Below the pieces are notes generated by a model. The model saw only the letters and a list, made by a program, of their open reading frames with translations. It ran no database searches and had not been told where the DNA came from. Below are positions 1-12,439 of a DNA stretch of 64,000 nt, in pieces. This DNA comes from Centroscyllium fabricii. Taxonomy: Eukaryota. Position numbers and translations under genes: made by a program. Every line of letters begins with the position of its first letter. Position 1 is the stretch's first letter. The stretch lies in NCBI GenBank assembly GCA_051313645.2, contig JBNRSN020000005.1, positions 310,806,001-310,870,000 of the forward strand, read 5' to 3'.

Positions 1-846
1 CCGTCGCTGGGTCACGCTGCAGCTTACCTGAGGCCAAGGGCCGGTGTTGGAGCTTTCGCAGGCTGCGCTGTTGTACCTGGAGCTGGACGCCGGGGCCGAT
101 TTGCAGGCCTTGGCGTAGTGTCCCTTTTTCGAGCACTTCTCGCAGGTCGCGGTCCTCGCGGGGCAGTTCACTCTTGGGTGTAGTCTTTGGCCGCAGAAAT
201 AACATTTCTTCTCCGCTGGCGTCTTTGCAGCTGCCGCTGCCGTTGCCGTTGTGGGGGTCTCGACCCGTTGTGGGGCTGCCCAGGAGTCGAAGGTAGCATG
301 TGGGTTTTGGCCGCTGTACGCCTGTAGTCTGCGGCGCGCGCCATCCACAGCGTTGGAGAGGGAGATCGCCTCATCCAGCATTAGTGTCTCTTTCTCCAGC
401 AGTCGCTGGCAGGCCTCTGCGGACCTGATCCCCGTTACATAGGCGTCCTGGACGAGGAGATTCGCCTCCTCTTGTGCCGTCCGTGGTTTGCAGTCACAGG
501 CCCGGACAAGGGCTTGGAGCGCCAACAGGTATTGCTCATTAGACTCATCCACTAGTTGTGGTCTGGTCGCTAGCACATGTCTGGCGTAGACTGAGTGGAC
601 AGGGCGCTCGTAGCATGCCTTCAGTTTCGCCACGGCTTCAGTGTACGTTTTAGCATCGCGGATGAAGGAGTATACCCGGCTGGAGATCCTTGACGTGAGA
701 ACATGCAGCTTGTTCCCGTCGGTTGTCGCCTTGGCGACCTCCATGTAGGCCTCGACGAGACTGAACCAGTGTTCAAAGGTATTGGCGGCGGATGGGTCCT
801 GTGGACTAATGTCCAGCTTTTCGGGTTTCACCGCGCCGCTCTCCAT
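1..846 (-). CDS. Gypsy gag(-pol) ORF, open to the window edge
   Basis: Manual translation from ATG 846 (MESGAVKPEKLDISPQDP...) gives 282 codons with no stop before position 1, including two zinc knuckles (CYFCGQRLHPRVNC, CEKCSKKGHYAKAC). Close paralogue of 28953-29801. Not in the ORF track, presumably because no stop falls inside the window. Confidence 0.9.
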   Translation of the reverse strand, partial: MESGAVKPEKLDISPQDPSAANTFEHWFSLVEAYMEVAKATTDGNKLHVLTSRISSRVYSFIRDAKTYTEAVAKLKACYERPVHSVYARHVLATRPQLVDESNEQYLLALQALVRACDCKPRTAQEEANLLVQDAYVTGIRSAEACQRLLEKETLMLDEAISLSNAVDGARRRLQAYSGQNPHATFDSWAAPQRVETPTTATAAAAAKTPAEKKCYFCGQRLHPRVNCPARTATCEKCSKKGHYAKACKSAPASSSRYNSAACESSNTGPWPQVSCSVTQRR

Positions 847-869
847 TTTACATTTTAAGCTAATAAAAT

Positions 870-1169
870 TGACATATCGTCAATAGTCTAATAAAACTAA
901 AGACGCGTAGTTACCTTAACTAAAGGCTTTTATTAGCTTACAAAGAAGCTACGCTCCGATCGAACATCAGGTACAGAATGGATGGGGGCATGTCAGACCC
1001 CACCTATAAGGCACTCACCTGAGGGGAGGAGCTAGAGGTGTGGCTGACCTGACCCCGCGACAGTGTCGCAATACAAAGCTGTGTATAATGCCCCCAGCCG
1101 CTATACATACAGGTTAATATTGGGCAACAATATTATGGTGGTAAAAGAGCATATATAACGGTTACCACA
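870..1169 (-). mobile_element. 5' LTR of Gypsy element 1
   Basis: On the minus strand TGTGGTAACC...ATGTCA termini and AATAAA; similar to LTR 29827-30101; directly upstream of gag. Confidence 0.85.
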
Positions 1170-1692
1170 AAAGATAATGGATTAAAAATGCAAAAGACAC
1201 AGGAGAGGTAGGTATTTACCCTCTGAACTGGCTGCAGGCAGTGCATAAAGATGTTTTCCCAACTTCTAGGCATTCCCGGCTCGGGTCCTTGTAATTCTCT
1301 TTCTTCAAAATGCCGATTTTGTCTCCGTTCTACTCTCCTCCACCACCACCGTGCAAGTGAGAGAGACAGACAGAGACACAAACCACGAGACACGAGATTG
1401 AGCACAGCCAAGCATGAAATTGAGAGAGAGCAAAACACGCAATGAAACAGCGAGCAAGAAAAAAACATAGTAATTGCGTGACAGGGGAGAGATAGAAAAC
1501 AGTGCATAGAACTATACGGACAGGGAGGTTCATGGGCTGTGTGAGATGGGAATGAATGAAAGTTTGTGGCTCAATTTTCTGCAACAGACTGGTATCTGAA
1601 CGTCTCGAGAATAACGAATAGAAAAAGACATTCGGACTTTTCATAATCAAATCCACATGGCCAGTTTAAGCGATATTTTTTCACCAGCCAAA

Positions 1693-2102
1693 CAATGTTC
1701 CTTGTAATACCAACAGAAAAAGCTGGAAAAACTCAGCAGGCCAGGCAGCATCGCTGGAGAGAGGAACAGAGTTAATGTTTCAGGTTGATGACCTTTCGTC
1801 AGAACTGTTCAGTTCTGACGAAAGGTCATCGACCTGAAACGTTAGCTCTGTTTCTCTCTCCACCGATGTTGCCTGGCCTGCTGAGTTTTTCCAGCTTTTT
1901 CTGTTGTTATTTTGGATTTCCAGCATCCGCAGTATTTTGTTCTCGTATTAATGTTCCTTGTAAGCTGCGCTTTGTTTGCGCGGCCTGTTTCTTTTAGTGC
2001 GAGGTCCCTTTAAATTTCTGCGTATGTGCGGTGTTTACAATGGAGAAGCCAGTGAGCGGCTTGGGCGGGGCCTTTCCCATTACTGTCTTAGAGGGAACAT
2101 TG
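1693..2102. mobile_element. hAT-type MITE, interrupted by a Penelope-derived insertion
   Basis: TIRs CAATGTTCC...GGAACATTG; 8-bp TSD CAGCCAAA at 1685-1692 and 2103-2110. Confidence 0.8.
1708..1949 (+). mobile_element. Palindromic Penelope-like pseudo-LTR insertion (family A) with hammerhead-like cores
   Basis: Inverted arms of about 95 bp centred near 1808; 14-bp TSD AATGTTCCTTGTAA (1694-1707, 1950-1963); CTGACGA-A-AGGTC-ATC-GACCT-GAAACGTT at 1815-1843. Partial copies near 17290-17535, 41905-42090 and 55285-55445. Confidence 0.7.
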
Positions 2103-2559
2103 CAGCCAAAAATGTTTCTTGACCTCCGTCCGTAGCTTTAAATGGCCGCATTCCTTTAATTAGCTGATGCAGCCCTTGATGTTACTGCAGCCATATATAA
2201 AGTCCCACACCCTCACTGCACAACTTCAACGCCCTACGCACTACTCACATTTCAGGCAGGGAACTCGCACTGAATATTATAAATGCAGGATCCATATAGT
2301 TAGCATGTGATTGGCTATGCTCAATTTAGGTGTGTGCAAAGACTGCGCTTCTCCAGTTCTGCAATCTCTGCACCAACCTCAGTAATTCACTTCTTGGAGA
2401 GATTTCTCCACAGACCATCAAGTAAGTTTCTTCTTTACTGATTCCTGGAAAATAAGTAAGTACTACTTCTTTAGCTACTGCTAAAAGATAAATAAATAGA
2501 TTTGAAGCTAGTACAGCACAGTATTTCTGTGGCTGGTCCAGTTAAGTTTGGATGTTGAC

Positions 2560-3820
2560 AACATCACGGCTTTCGTGCTGAAGACTTGTGCTCCAGAACT
2601 AGCTGCGCCTCTAGCCAAGCTGTTCCAGTACAGCTACAACCATGCATGCTAAGCAGCGGAAGCAACATGCTGTAGGCAGGGCTAAGCAATCCCACAACCA
2701 TCAGATCAGATCAAAACTCTGCAGTCCTGCCACATCCAGTCGTGAATGGTGGTGGTGAATTAAACAACTAACTGGAGGTAGAGGCTCCATGAATTTCCCC
2801 ACCCTCAATGATGGCAAAGCCCAGCACGTGAGTGCAAAAGACAAGGCTAAAGCGTTTGCAACCATCTTCAGCCAGAAGTGCTGAGTGGATGATTCATCTC
2901 GGCCTCCTCATGCGGTCACTACCATCACAGAAACCAGTCTTCAATCAAATCAATTCACTCCACGTGATATCAAGAAACGGCAGAGCGCACTGAATACAGA
3001 AAAGGCTATGGGCCCCGATAACATCCCGGCTTTCGTGCTGAAGACTTGTGCTCCAGAACTAGCTGTGCCTCTAGCCAAGCTGTTCCAGTACGGCTGCAGC
3101 ACTGGCATCTACCATCTACAAGCGTGAGTCTCGCCACTGCCCCTTGACATTCAATGGCATTACCATTACCGAATCCCCCACCATCAACATCCAAACGTAA
3201 CTGGACCAGCCACAGAAATACTGTGGCTACAAGAGTAGGTCAGAGGTTGGGTATTCTGTGGCAGGTGTCTTACCTCCTGACTCCCCAAAGCCTTACAACA
3301 AGGCACAAGTCAGGAGTGTGACGGAATACTCTCCACTTGCCTGGATGAGTGCAGCTCCAACAACACTCAAGCAGTTTGACACCATCCAGGACAAAGCAGC
3401 CCGCTTGATCGGCACACCATCCACCACCTTCAACATTCACTCCCTCCACCACCGGCGCACCGTGACTGCAGTGTGTACCATCTACAAGATGCACTGCAGC
3501 AACTCGCCAAGGCTTCTTCGACAGCACTTCCCAAACCCGTGACCTCAACCACCGAGAAGGACAAGGGCAGCAGGCACATGGGAACACCATCACCTCCAAG
3601 TTACACACCATCCTGACTTGGAAATATATCGCTGTTCCTTCATTGTCGTTGGGTCAAAATCCTGGAACTCCCTCCCTAACAGCACTATGGGAGTGCCATC
3701 ACCACACGGACTGCAGTGGTTGAAGAAGCCGGCTCACCACCAGTTTCTCGAGGGCAATTAGGGATGGGCAATAAATGCTGACTGCGTCAGTGACGCCCAC
3801 ATCCCAGGAACGAATAAAAA
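2560..3820 (+). mobile_element. Decayed CR1-group LINE (RT fragments and 3' tail), internally rearranged
   Basis: ORF fragments GPDNIPAFVLKTCAPELAVPLAKLFQ and YSPLAWMSAAPTTLKQFDTIQDKAARLI; 3' tail GGGATGGGCAATAAATGCTG...CCCACATCCC. Confidence 0.8.
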
Positions 3821-5016
3821 AGGCAAACTTTTCTTGTCATTTGGTACATGGTGTCTGTTCAGTTGTGATTCGTCTAGACTATGGAATTTGAACCAATTAG
3901 GTACAAGGGTGATGCAAAATGTGCATATATAAAAGCATGATGCCTGAAGTTTGATGGAGAAATGTGTGTTTTCACAAGACCTTTGTGTATATATAGACAT
4001 AGACACACTTTGTACTGCAAATTTTAATAAGCTAAATTTAAAATACTGGGTCATTACAACGTAAATTCTGCTGGTGTTGGAAGAAAAAAAATAATGTATA
4101 TTTGTATTTGATTCTTTCCTTGTAGCTGCTTCCTGTCTTTGCTCTTGGTGGCTGCTGTAGTCTGGAAAATCAAACAAACCTGCTGGGCTTCCCGAAGGAG
4201 AGAGGTAAGAGAGAACAGTGTTACTTGTACTCCAATACAAGCCATGCATATATAATATTACTTAAGTGAACCACCTATTTAGTCTGGATATCCTATCTTT
4301 ACTAATGCGCAGAAGGGGCAAACATAATGTTGCCAATTGGTTATTCATTGGCTAGAATTCAATCTGTAACTGGCTCAGAGAAACTAATGCAATTTATTTT
4401 TAAATCTCAAAATCATTCGAGAGAGGTTTGAGTTTTCAAACTATAAAACAATTAAATAGATTCTGATATTTTTATTCTTAGTGGTTAACTGGAGTTTTTG
4501 AATTTTTAGCAAAGGTGTACAACTAACTTTTTGCCTTGCCTTTTTCCTCATATTTGTCCAGTGAACAGACTAAACCAAACACCAGTGTGATATGACAGGG
4601 TAGCCTGTTGTAATATCCACTGAGTTGCTGACACATTTCTTGGTTAGACCATGTATAGATTCTTGGTTGAACCATGGATAATTAAAGACAGATTTATGGT
4701 TGGTTTTATTGCGATATGGTGCAAAACGATATTATGTGGAGGATGTGACATCACAAGATTGCTTTTGGGATTGTCGGGGAAATATTTTAACTTCGCAGCT
4801 TGCAGGTACTTCAAAAAATAATGGTCAAACGATATTGTATGCCTATATTTAATTTGAAAGTCGTACAGCCAATATATGGGGCTTCCTGCTATCCATGGAA
4901 TATACTAACCTGTCTTAATGGAGAAATTTTGTCAATTTATTATAAAACAAAATTCAATTTACAATTGCCCCAATTCAGAATAATCATCGAGAGGGGTTTC
5001 TTTGAATTGTTAACGT

Positions 5017-5291
5017 AGAAGATAGGAGCAGGAGTAGGCCATTCAGCCCTTCGAGCCTGCTCCAACATCCAATGAGATCATGGCTGATCATCCAAACCCA
5101 GTACCCCGCCCCTGCCCTCTCCCCATATCCCTCGATCCCTATCGAGCCTACACCGACACATATCCCACCCTATCCCCGTAACCCCATATATTCAATCCCC
5201 TTAACACTAAGGGTCAATTTATCCTGGCCAATCAACCTAACCCGCACATCTTTGGACTGTGGGAGGAAACTGGAGCACCCGGAGGAAACCC
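5017..5291 (-). mobile_element. 5'-truncated V-SINE with CR1-derived tail
   Basis: Matches the body and tail of the full copies, e.g. 60023-60447. Confidence 0.85.
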
Positions 5292-5949
5292 ACCCACAAG
5301 TTAAACGTTTGAATTGACCCTTTGCTGTGTCTTGCTTTGTTTAAATGCGATAAACTATTGACAATTGGAATCGGACACGTGCATAGTGTTGAAAAGTAAT
5401 AGACGATGTATAACCGTTTATTTCCTCCAGAGAAGGTTATGCTATGATATTATGAATTCTGTTTACAGAATGATTTGGCAACAAATAATTGAATAACTGT
5501 CTGTCCCTTTTGGTCCATCAAATATCCTTAAAAGTTTCAGACACGTTGAAGGATTATTCATTGTGTATTAGAGTACCAGCCTTTGGACACTTGAATGTTT
5601 TTGGACTGCTTGTTGGTGGAAACCAGCATTGCACTATTCTTTTGCAGATGCAATTCAGAGGTGATATGGCAAAACAGGCACAGACAGGGCCTGTTTGCAC
5701 AACATAAGGGGCTACCTCATGACAAGATAATTAAGGAATTGCACTCCATTTATTGAAAAGGAAGGTTAAACAGTAATTAAAAGTGGTGAAAATAGCTTTC
5801 CAATTTGTATATGAAAAAATGAATGATTTGCTTAGACAATTCTGAAATGATTATTATGGAAGATCGAGCATCGTTCCCAGAGACTATCGGAATCCCAGTC
5901 TGTAAGAAAGCCACACTTCATATTTGCTTTACAGAAAGAAAGGCGAGGA

Positions 5950-6681
5950 ACCTGGTGGGGATTGGTCTGGGCCGCCTCCGGCCCCGCCTGCCCAAACAGC
6001 TGGGAAGGCCACGCAATTTTAGTTTAATTAGGTTGTTAAATCCACTCCGGCGGCAGCGGGAGGTAATTAGGTCAGTCAAGTCGGGCTGCATCGGGGCTGC
6101 AAGGAGTTTGATTGACAGTTCCAGCACTGGTTGTTGACAGTTCCCATGGAAACACTCCACTGTGACATCACAGTCGAGTGGAACCAATGGGAACGGTCAA
6201 GTGCTGGTGACTGACAGGTGGGCGGGCGGGCTCAGAATTCTTGACAGCTCGCAGCGGCTGTGAGGAAATGTTCAGAACTGAGATTTCTCAGTTTCTGATC
6301 ACAGCTGCTGCAGCCACAGCGGAGTTACTTACTCCTCTAAGGTGCTGGAGGCATGCCAAGCATTTGGCAGCATGTCCTTCACACCTTGAAGGAGAAAGTT
6401 ATAACCAGCGCTGTGCTCCCGCTGGGATTCACCTAGCGGGGGTTAATGTGACGGGGTTAGGGCGGGAAACAGGGTAAAATGGCCGAGGGCCCTTAAAATG
6501 GCATTCAAGATGCCAATTAAGGGCCCTTGACAAGGTGACAACCCATCCCCGCCGGTGGGAAGGTTTCTGGGCGGGGGAAAATCAGAAAGTGGGGGGGGGG
6601 GGGGGCGGACCTGCTGGTTCCGCTATTTTGCCGGCCGGGCCGTCGAAAACCCCGCCTCACGGGGACATGAAAATCCCCCCC
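5950..6681. mobile_element. Probable old Harbinger-type non-autonomous element with internal hairpins
   Basis: GC-rich; several local palindromes (e.g. about 6132-6200, 6270-6298); ends AAAATCCCCCC. Left TIR not found. Confidence 0.35.
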
Positions 6682-7377
6682 AAAGCTTCTCCAGCTCTAC
6701 CTTCAGCAGGTCTGAGGTCAGTTCTCTCTGAATAGAAGCATTCCAACTGGAGAACGCTTGGTTGTGTGTAGCCCAGAAGGGTAGTGGTAATTTACAATCT
6801 AAATTATTGGAAATGTAACTTGCTCTAAATCAGTACTTTTTAAAAATGCAGTCGCACCACAATTTCGAGCTGTGCAAATTTTTTTTTTGAAAGACCCCAA
6901 AATCACAAATGTAAGTATTTTTGAAATACTGCAGTTTAAATCAAGAATAGCTCTGCGATTTCTAATAGTATTAATGAGAGACCTTCTGTTAGCTGATTGG
7001 AGCACCGGCCCACGTGATCCCAGGTACTCTTGCACCCGTGGGATCCGTGAGCCACTGCGCTATGTAGAACTCCACAGCATTTGACAGCACCTTCTTAGAG
7101 GAGGGTTCCCAGCAGGTAAGCGCATTCGGTTCGGATGCCGGTGGCGTAATCATTAGTTATGATGCCAACCGCAAAATCTGGGCCAATAATTGTTAAAATA
7201 GTGATGCTGTAGGATATTGAGAACTTGCAGATGATTCCAGTTACTTGGCAGTGTGGCAGTTAGTTAACATGGTCTCAGATATGAATTTGCTTTCTGGAAT
7301 CATTTTGCAAAGAACTCTCCATGTGGATAATCTCATCCCCTACAGCAAGGTGAAAGAATTCACTGAGAAACCAGGAA

Positions 7378-7915
7378 AGAACATAAGAAATAGGAGCAGG
7401 AGTAGGCCAATCGGCCCCTCGAGCCTACTCCGCCATTCAACAAGATCATGGCTGAAAAAATCTGGGAAATTACTCTCTGACCCATCTAGGCGATAAAAAC
7501 GTGTCCAGGAGATCACATGGCCGATCTGAACCTAGCCTCACATCCACTTAACCTGTCCGCTCACCGTAACCCCTAATACCCTTTACTTTCAAGAAACTGT
7601 CTGTCTCGGTTTTAAATTCATTCAAAGTAGTAGCTTCCACAGCTCTCTGGGGCAGCAAATTACACAGACCTACCACCCTCTGAGGGAAGAAGTTTCTTCT
7701 CATCTCAGTTTTCAAAGGGCAGCCCCTTATTCTCAGATTATGCCCCCTAATTCTAGTCTCACCCATCAGTGGAAACATCCTCACCACATCCACCCGATCA
7801 AGCCCCCTCACAATCTTATATGTTTCGATAAGATCGCCTCTCACTCTTCTGAACTCCAATGAGTAGAGGCCCAACCTACTCAACCTTTCCTCATAAGTCA
7901 ACCCCCTCATCTCCG
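7378..7915 (-). mobile_element. CR1 LINE 3' end (variant 3' UTR)
   Basis: ORF2 C-terminus LTYEERLSRLGLYSLEFRRVRGDLIETYK...; CR1 3' stem and TTCTTATG repeat tail; carries half of the module at 40884-41005. Confidence 0.9.
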
Positions 7916-9002
7916 GATGCGGCACTTCTAGTTACTATGATCTACATATTTATTCTCAGCCTTTTCTCCACCTCCACCCAACTTCAGTTCTTCCAAGTGT
8001 CTATTCCTCAGAAATATGTTTCTTTTACACATGTAATTAGCAGTATAAGAGAAAATCACAGTGAATGTTTCTTCAGGTTCTTTTTAGGCAAACTTTTAAT
8101 TGTATCATTGTATCAACAAATGTAATTGTGCAAAAAGTGCCAATAGGCTCCACAATTGAGCATTTTGCCAGTCGTGAAGTATTTCCTGTGGCATTATCAT
8201 GCAGTGTTAAGTGTTTGAGTTATTTTGTAGGCATGCTCTTTTCGGATGAAATGTGTGTTTTATTATTTACAGATTTTATCATTTAGTCATAAATCAGTTT
8301 ATTGATTTGCTTGCCCTTTGCTTAACATATTTATCAGACTTTATGCAATGCTTGGTACGGGTACGTACGTGTATATATGTAAGTCACTGATACTGACGCC
8401 TACATTTCAAATGAGAGAGAGATTATTGTGATATTTTTAAAAATCAAACCTATGCGAAAACTATTGTTTACTTTCAAGTAAGAATTTTCCAGAATGATAA
8501 ATTACCTTTCCTGAAGTATGACATTTTAGCGTCAGTGTTGGAATATTTATTGCTTCTTTGTTCATTACAGTTTAAAATATAACTTGTCATGTATGACACT
8601 TAATCTGTGAATATCGATCAACCTATGGTAATATTATCCCTTTCTTAAATGCAGACATTTGGTTGAGATAAAATACAAAATTATCCCTCATTCCATTTTT
8701 TTTTTAAGAACTGAATGGTTTACCCATTAATCTTTCCCTGTCTTTGTCTTTTTGAAACGACATATTTTCCTCTATTGACACATCCTTAGATTTCTCCCTT
8801 CTTCCATTCTGCAGCATTCTTTGACCAATGAGCTCAGTCATCTGCTCCCATACCTTAACTTTATGCTGTTGTTGATCCACTTACTTGGCGGTACATAGGT
8901 AACAGTTGTGTATGTTGACCTCATTTTCTGTTTCTGTTGGGAGGGATCGTTTTCATCAGACTTGCTGGGGACAAGTTGCTGTCCCACATTCTACTACAGG
9001 TT

Positions 9003-9386
9003 AGAAACATAGAAACTAGGAGCAGGAGTAGGCCATTCGGCCCTTCGAGCCTGCTCCGCCATTCAATGAGATCATGGCTGATCATCCAAACCCAGTACCC
9101 CGCCCCTGCCCTCTCCCCATATCCCTATCGAGCCTGCACCGACACACATTCCACCCTATCCCCGTAACCCCACATATTCAATCTCCCTAACACTAAGGGT
9201 CAATTTATCATGGCCAATCAACCTAACCCGCACATCTTTGGACTGTGGGAGGAAACCTGAGCACCCGGAGGAAACCCACGCAGACACGGGGAGAATGTGC
9301 AAACTCCACACAGATAGTCACCCGAGGCTGGATTTGAACCCGGGTCTCCAGTGCTGTGAGACAACAGTGCTAACCGCTGTGCCACC
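9003..9386 (-). mobile_element. V-SINE (tRNA head, V domain, CR1 tail)
   Basis: A/B-box head GGTGGCACAGCGGTTAGC...GGTTCAAATCC; V domain GTGGAGTTTGCACATTCTCCCCGTG; tail TTTCTATG. Confidence 0.9.
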
Positions 9387-9619
9387 GTTCATTAATCCGG
9401 CAGGGTCGGGACCAGCACCCTGCCGGATTGTTGAAAACGCCGAATTATTGAAGTCACAGCGGCGCATGCGCAGAACATTCAAAATGGGCGGTGCAAAATT
9501 TTCAAAGCTCTGCGCATGCGCGCGCCGGTACCTGGCAGTTGATTTTTGGCCCAAGGGTCAGGTGGAACTCGCACTCGATTTTGCTGCGGGTCAGGGAGCG
9601 GGCTGCTCGGCTCCAGCGA

Positions 9620-9968
9620 GCCTGAGGCCCAATGTGCGGCTCAAGCCCGGCTCACGTGATGCCACCGCACGCCAGCTTCGGAACGCGGTGACGTCAGCAC
9701 GCAACCATCGATTCTGCTGCGGATCACGGAGCGGCCTGCACGGCTTCAGCGGGCCTGAGGCCCAATGTGCGACTCAAGCCCGGCTCACGTGCCGCCACCG
9801 CACGCCAGCTTCGGAACGCGGTGACGTCAGCACGCAACCATCGATTCTGCTGCGGATCACGGAGCGGCCTGCACGGCTTCAGCGGGCCTGAGGCCCAATG
9901 CGCGGCTCAAGCCCGGCTCAAGTGACGCCACCGCACGCCAGCTTCGGAACGCGGTGACGTCAGCACGC
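9620..9968. repeat. 133-bp tandem repeat, about 2.6 copies, inside the MITE
   Basis: GCCTGAGGCCCAATG recurs at 9620, 9753 and 9886. Confidence 0.9.
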
Positions 9969-10559
9969 AGCCAGGCAGGAGCCTCCGGCAGCGATGGGCA
10001 CCGAGCATTGCCTGTATCGCGTCCTGCGAAAGGTGGCTGGCACAACAGCTCATCTTCTGGGCCTGGGATTCACCATCGGCATCGGGGTGGTCACTAAGCC
10101 GGGATCCAGTGAGTATATGTTAGGTGAAAGAGAAGCCCAGCCTCGACGGTGGCCATTTTGAATTGTCTGCGCATGCGCCGGGCAGTCGGGAAAATCTGTG
10201 CCGAACGACTGAAGCTGCCGGTTTTTCAGGTGCCGGATTAATGAACTTCAACCTGTACCAACCTTTCAACATGAAGTTTCTTCAAATACACAAAAATAAA
10301 TTCTATTTCTTAAAAAAAATACTGTTTCTCAGAGCCAAAATGCTTCTGTGATTCTTTTTGGTGCAACCATAGGTTGAAGGCAAGTAGGGTGAAAGAGGAG
10401 GGGGGAACAATGCTCAAGAAGCTGAGTCACAGCTGGATATCGGGTGGGAGAAGGTCACAGAGATAGGGGTGGGTCTAAGGAATAAGCATTTTAAATTTGG
10501 GGCATTGGGGAACCAGGAGCCAATGTCGGTCAGCGAAGACTGGTGTAATGAACAAGCTT

Positions 10560-10955
10560 TAACTCGGTGGGAGTACTCTGACCTCTGAGTCAGCGGCGTG
10601 TGGGTTCAAGCTCCACACCAGAGACTTTCAGCACAGAACCTGGGCTGGCATTTCAGTGCAGTACGAAGAGTGCTGCACTATTCGGATGAGATATTAAACA
10701 GGGGCCGTATTTGTGCTCTCCGATAGGCGTAAAAGATCCATGGCACTATTCAAAGGAGAGCTTGCTTGATGTCCCAGCCAACATTTACCCCTCAATCGGT
10801 ACCACTAAAAGACAGCTTATATGGTCATTTATCTTGCTGCTATTTGTGGGACCTTGCTGAGTCCAATTATGGTGCCGCATTTCTCTAACAGTGACTACAA
10901 TTCAAAACGAATTCATTGGTTGTGAAGCAAAGTGGGATATCCTGAGGTCATGAAC
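10560..10955 (+). mobile_element. Deu-domain SINE (SacSINE1-like)
   Basis: tRNA-like head GGGTTCAAG, Deu-like GTGCTGCACT...CGGATGAGA..TTAAAC, L2-like tail. Confidence 0.7.
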
Positions 10956-11656
10956 ATTTTTTTTTTCTTTTATGGATATGCGTGACTTGATGTTGAATCA
11001 GATATGGCCAGCAGAGTTTGAGATCGAGGAAACTCTTTATTATCCGGCACCGACGGGACCGGCGTGTTGACAGTTTATCAAAATTTCCGGATGATGGAGA
11101 GAGCTATCTACTGAGGCTTTTTCTTAAACAAAGAAAAATAAAAAAAGCAAGAAATGTGCAGTATACAGTAATTGGGTACTCACCTACAGAATGTGGTGTT
11201 AAATGGATGGTGGAAGATGCTTGATTAAGTACCGTACTGCCAGTTGAGGGTAATCCATAACTCTTTAATTACTTAACAATGTGGCGACACGCCCACCAAA
11301 GCCATCGAATCCGCCTCGGGAGTACTGCGGGGCACGGCCCTGCCCCTCGGGTGACGTGATGACGTCACCGTGACTTCCGACGTGATGACGTCACCGGGAC
11401 TTCTGGCGTGGTGACGTCACCAACCGCGGGCTCTTTAAATAAGCCTGTTCCAGGTAGCTCACTCTCTTCGCTACCTGGCCCCTACGGAGTAACGTAATAA
11501 ATGAGTGTTTTCCGATCTCACTGTCTCCAGCGTGGTTCTTCAGGCCTGCATGCACTACAGTGGTGACCCCGTACTTGGAACGCCTTCCAAGGGAACAAAA
11601 TGAAGCAGTTGTTGCAGGACTGAGGGCCAAGCTGCCCAAGAACACTCCCAACCAAC

Positions 11657-12439
11657 ATGCCATCAGGGAGCCAAGCAGCGCGACCTCAAAGACTGGGCCA
11701 GAACTCCGGCCAAAAACCAACTCTGCCAGAGTTCTGGGAGCTACGCCCAGCGGCCTGGTTCCTCTGCATCGAGAACACCTACCGCATCCATGGCGTCCAG
11801 GGGGACGATCGATACAACCTGCTCTTCGCGGCCCTACCACAGACCACGGTCGACCGGATGTGGCCAACGATACAGCGTGCACCAACAGCAGGCAGGTATC
11901 AATTCCTTAAGGCTGCGCTGCTAAAGAAATTCACCCCCTCCCAATTTGAGCGCGACTGCCAGCTCATCAACCTCCCCGAACTCGGGGACGCTGACCCATC
12001 GGACCTCTGGGCCCAAATGGAAGCGCTGAATTCTGACCCAGCCTCCATCAAGCGCACCTTGTTCCTCCTCAAACTGCCCCCCTCCATCAGACCGGCTCTG
12101 ACGACCCTCTGCCACTACGGTGGAGAACAACTGGCTGAGGAGGCCGACAAGCTGATGACGGCAGAGCGCTCCTGCTCCGCCACGTGCGAGCCCGTTGCCG
12201 CGACACTGGAGCCACGCCACGCGCACCCCATTTCCGACCCCAAGTCTGAACCCAGGCCAACGCGACCCCGCAAAAAGCCGCGCACAACAGGCTCCGGCTG
12301 GTGTTACTATCACACCCGATTTGAAGCCAAAGCGCAGCGCTGCGTCCAGCCCTGCACCTTCAAACCCCAGCCCAGCTCAAGCCCCACCATGTCTGTAGAC
12401 CGCTCTGGAGCACTGCTCTACGTCACAGACAGCGGCTGA
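11657..12439 (+). CDS. CsRn1-type Gag
   Basis: LPEFWELRPAAWF N-terminal motif; CHCC knuckle CYYHTRFEAKAQRCVQPC. Confidence 0.85.
   Translation: MPSGSQAARPQRLGQNSGQKPTLPEFWELRPAAWFLCIENTYRIHGVQGDDRYNLLFAALPQTTVDRMWPTIQRAPTAGRYQFLKAALLKKFTPSQFERDCQLINLPELGDADPSDLWAQMEALNSDPASIKRTLFLLKLPPSIRPALTTLCHYGGEQLAEEADKLMTAERSCSATCEPVAATLEPRHAHPISDPKSEPRPTRPRKKPRTTGSGWCYYHTRFEAKAQRCVQPCTFKPQPSSSPTMSVDRSGALLYVTDSG

Larger units (their letters stand above)
8997..10255. mobile_element. Tigger/pogo-type MITE, left TIR split by a SINE
   Basis: TA-CAGGTT|SINE|GTTCATTAATCCGG ... CCGGATTAATGAACTTCAACCTG-TA. Confidence 0.75.

Noticed and set aside
9238-9891. 217-aa ORF and similar GC-rich ORFs
   Set aside because: Spans an antisense SINE, a MITE and a tandem repeat; no protein motif.
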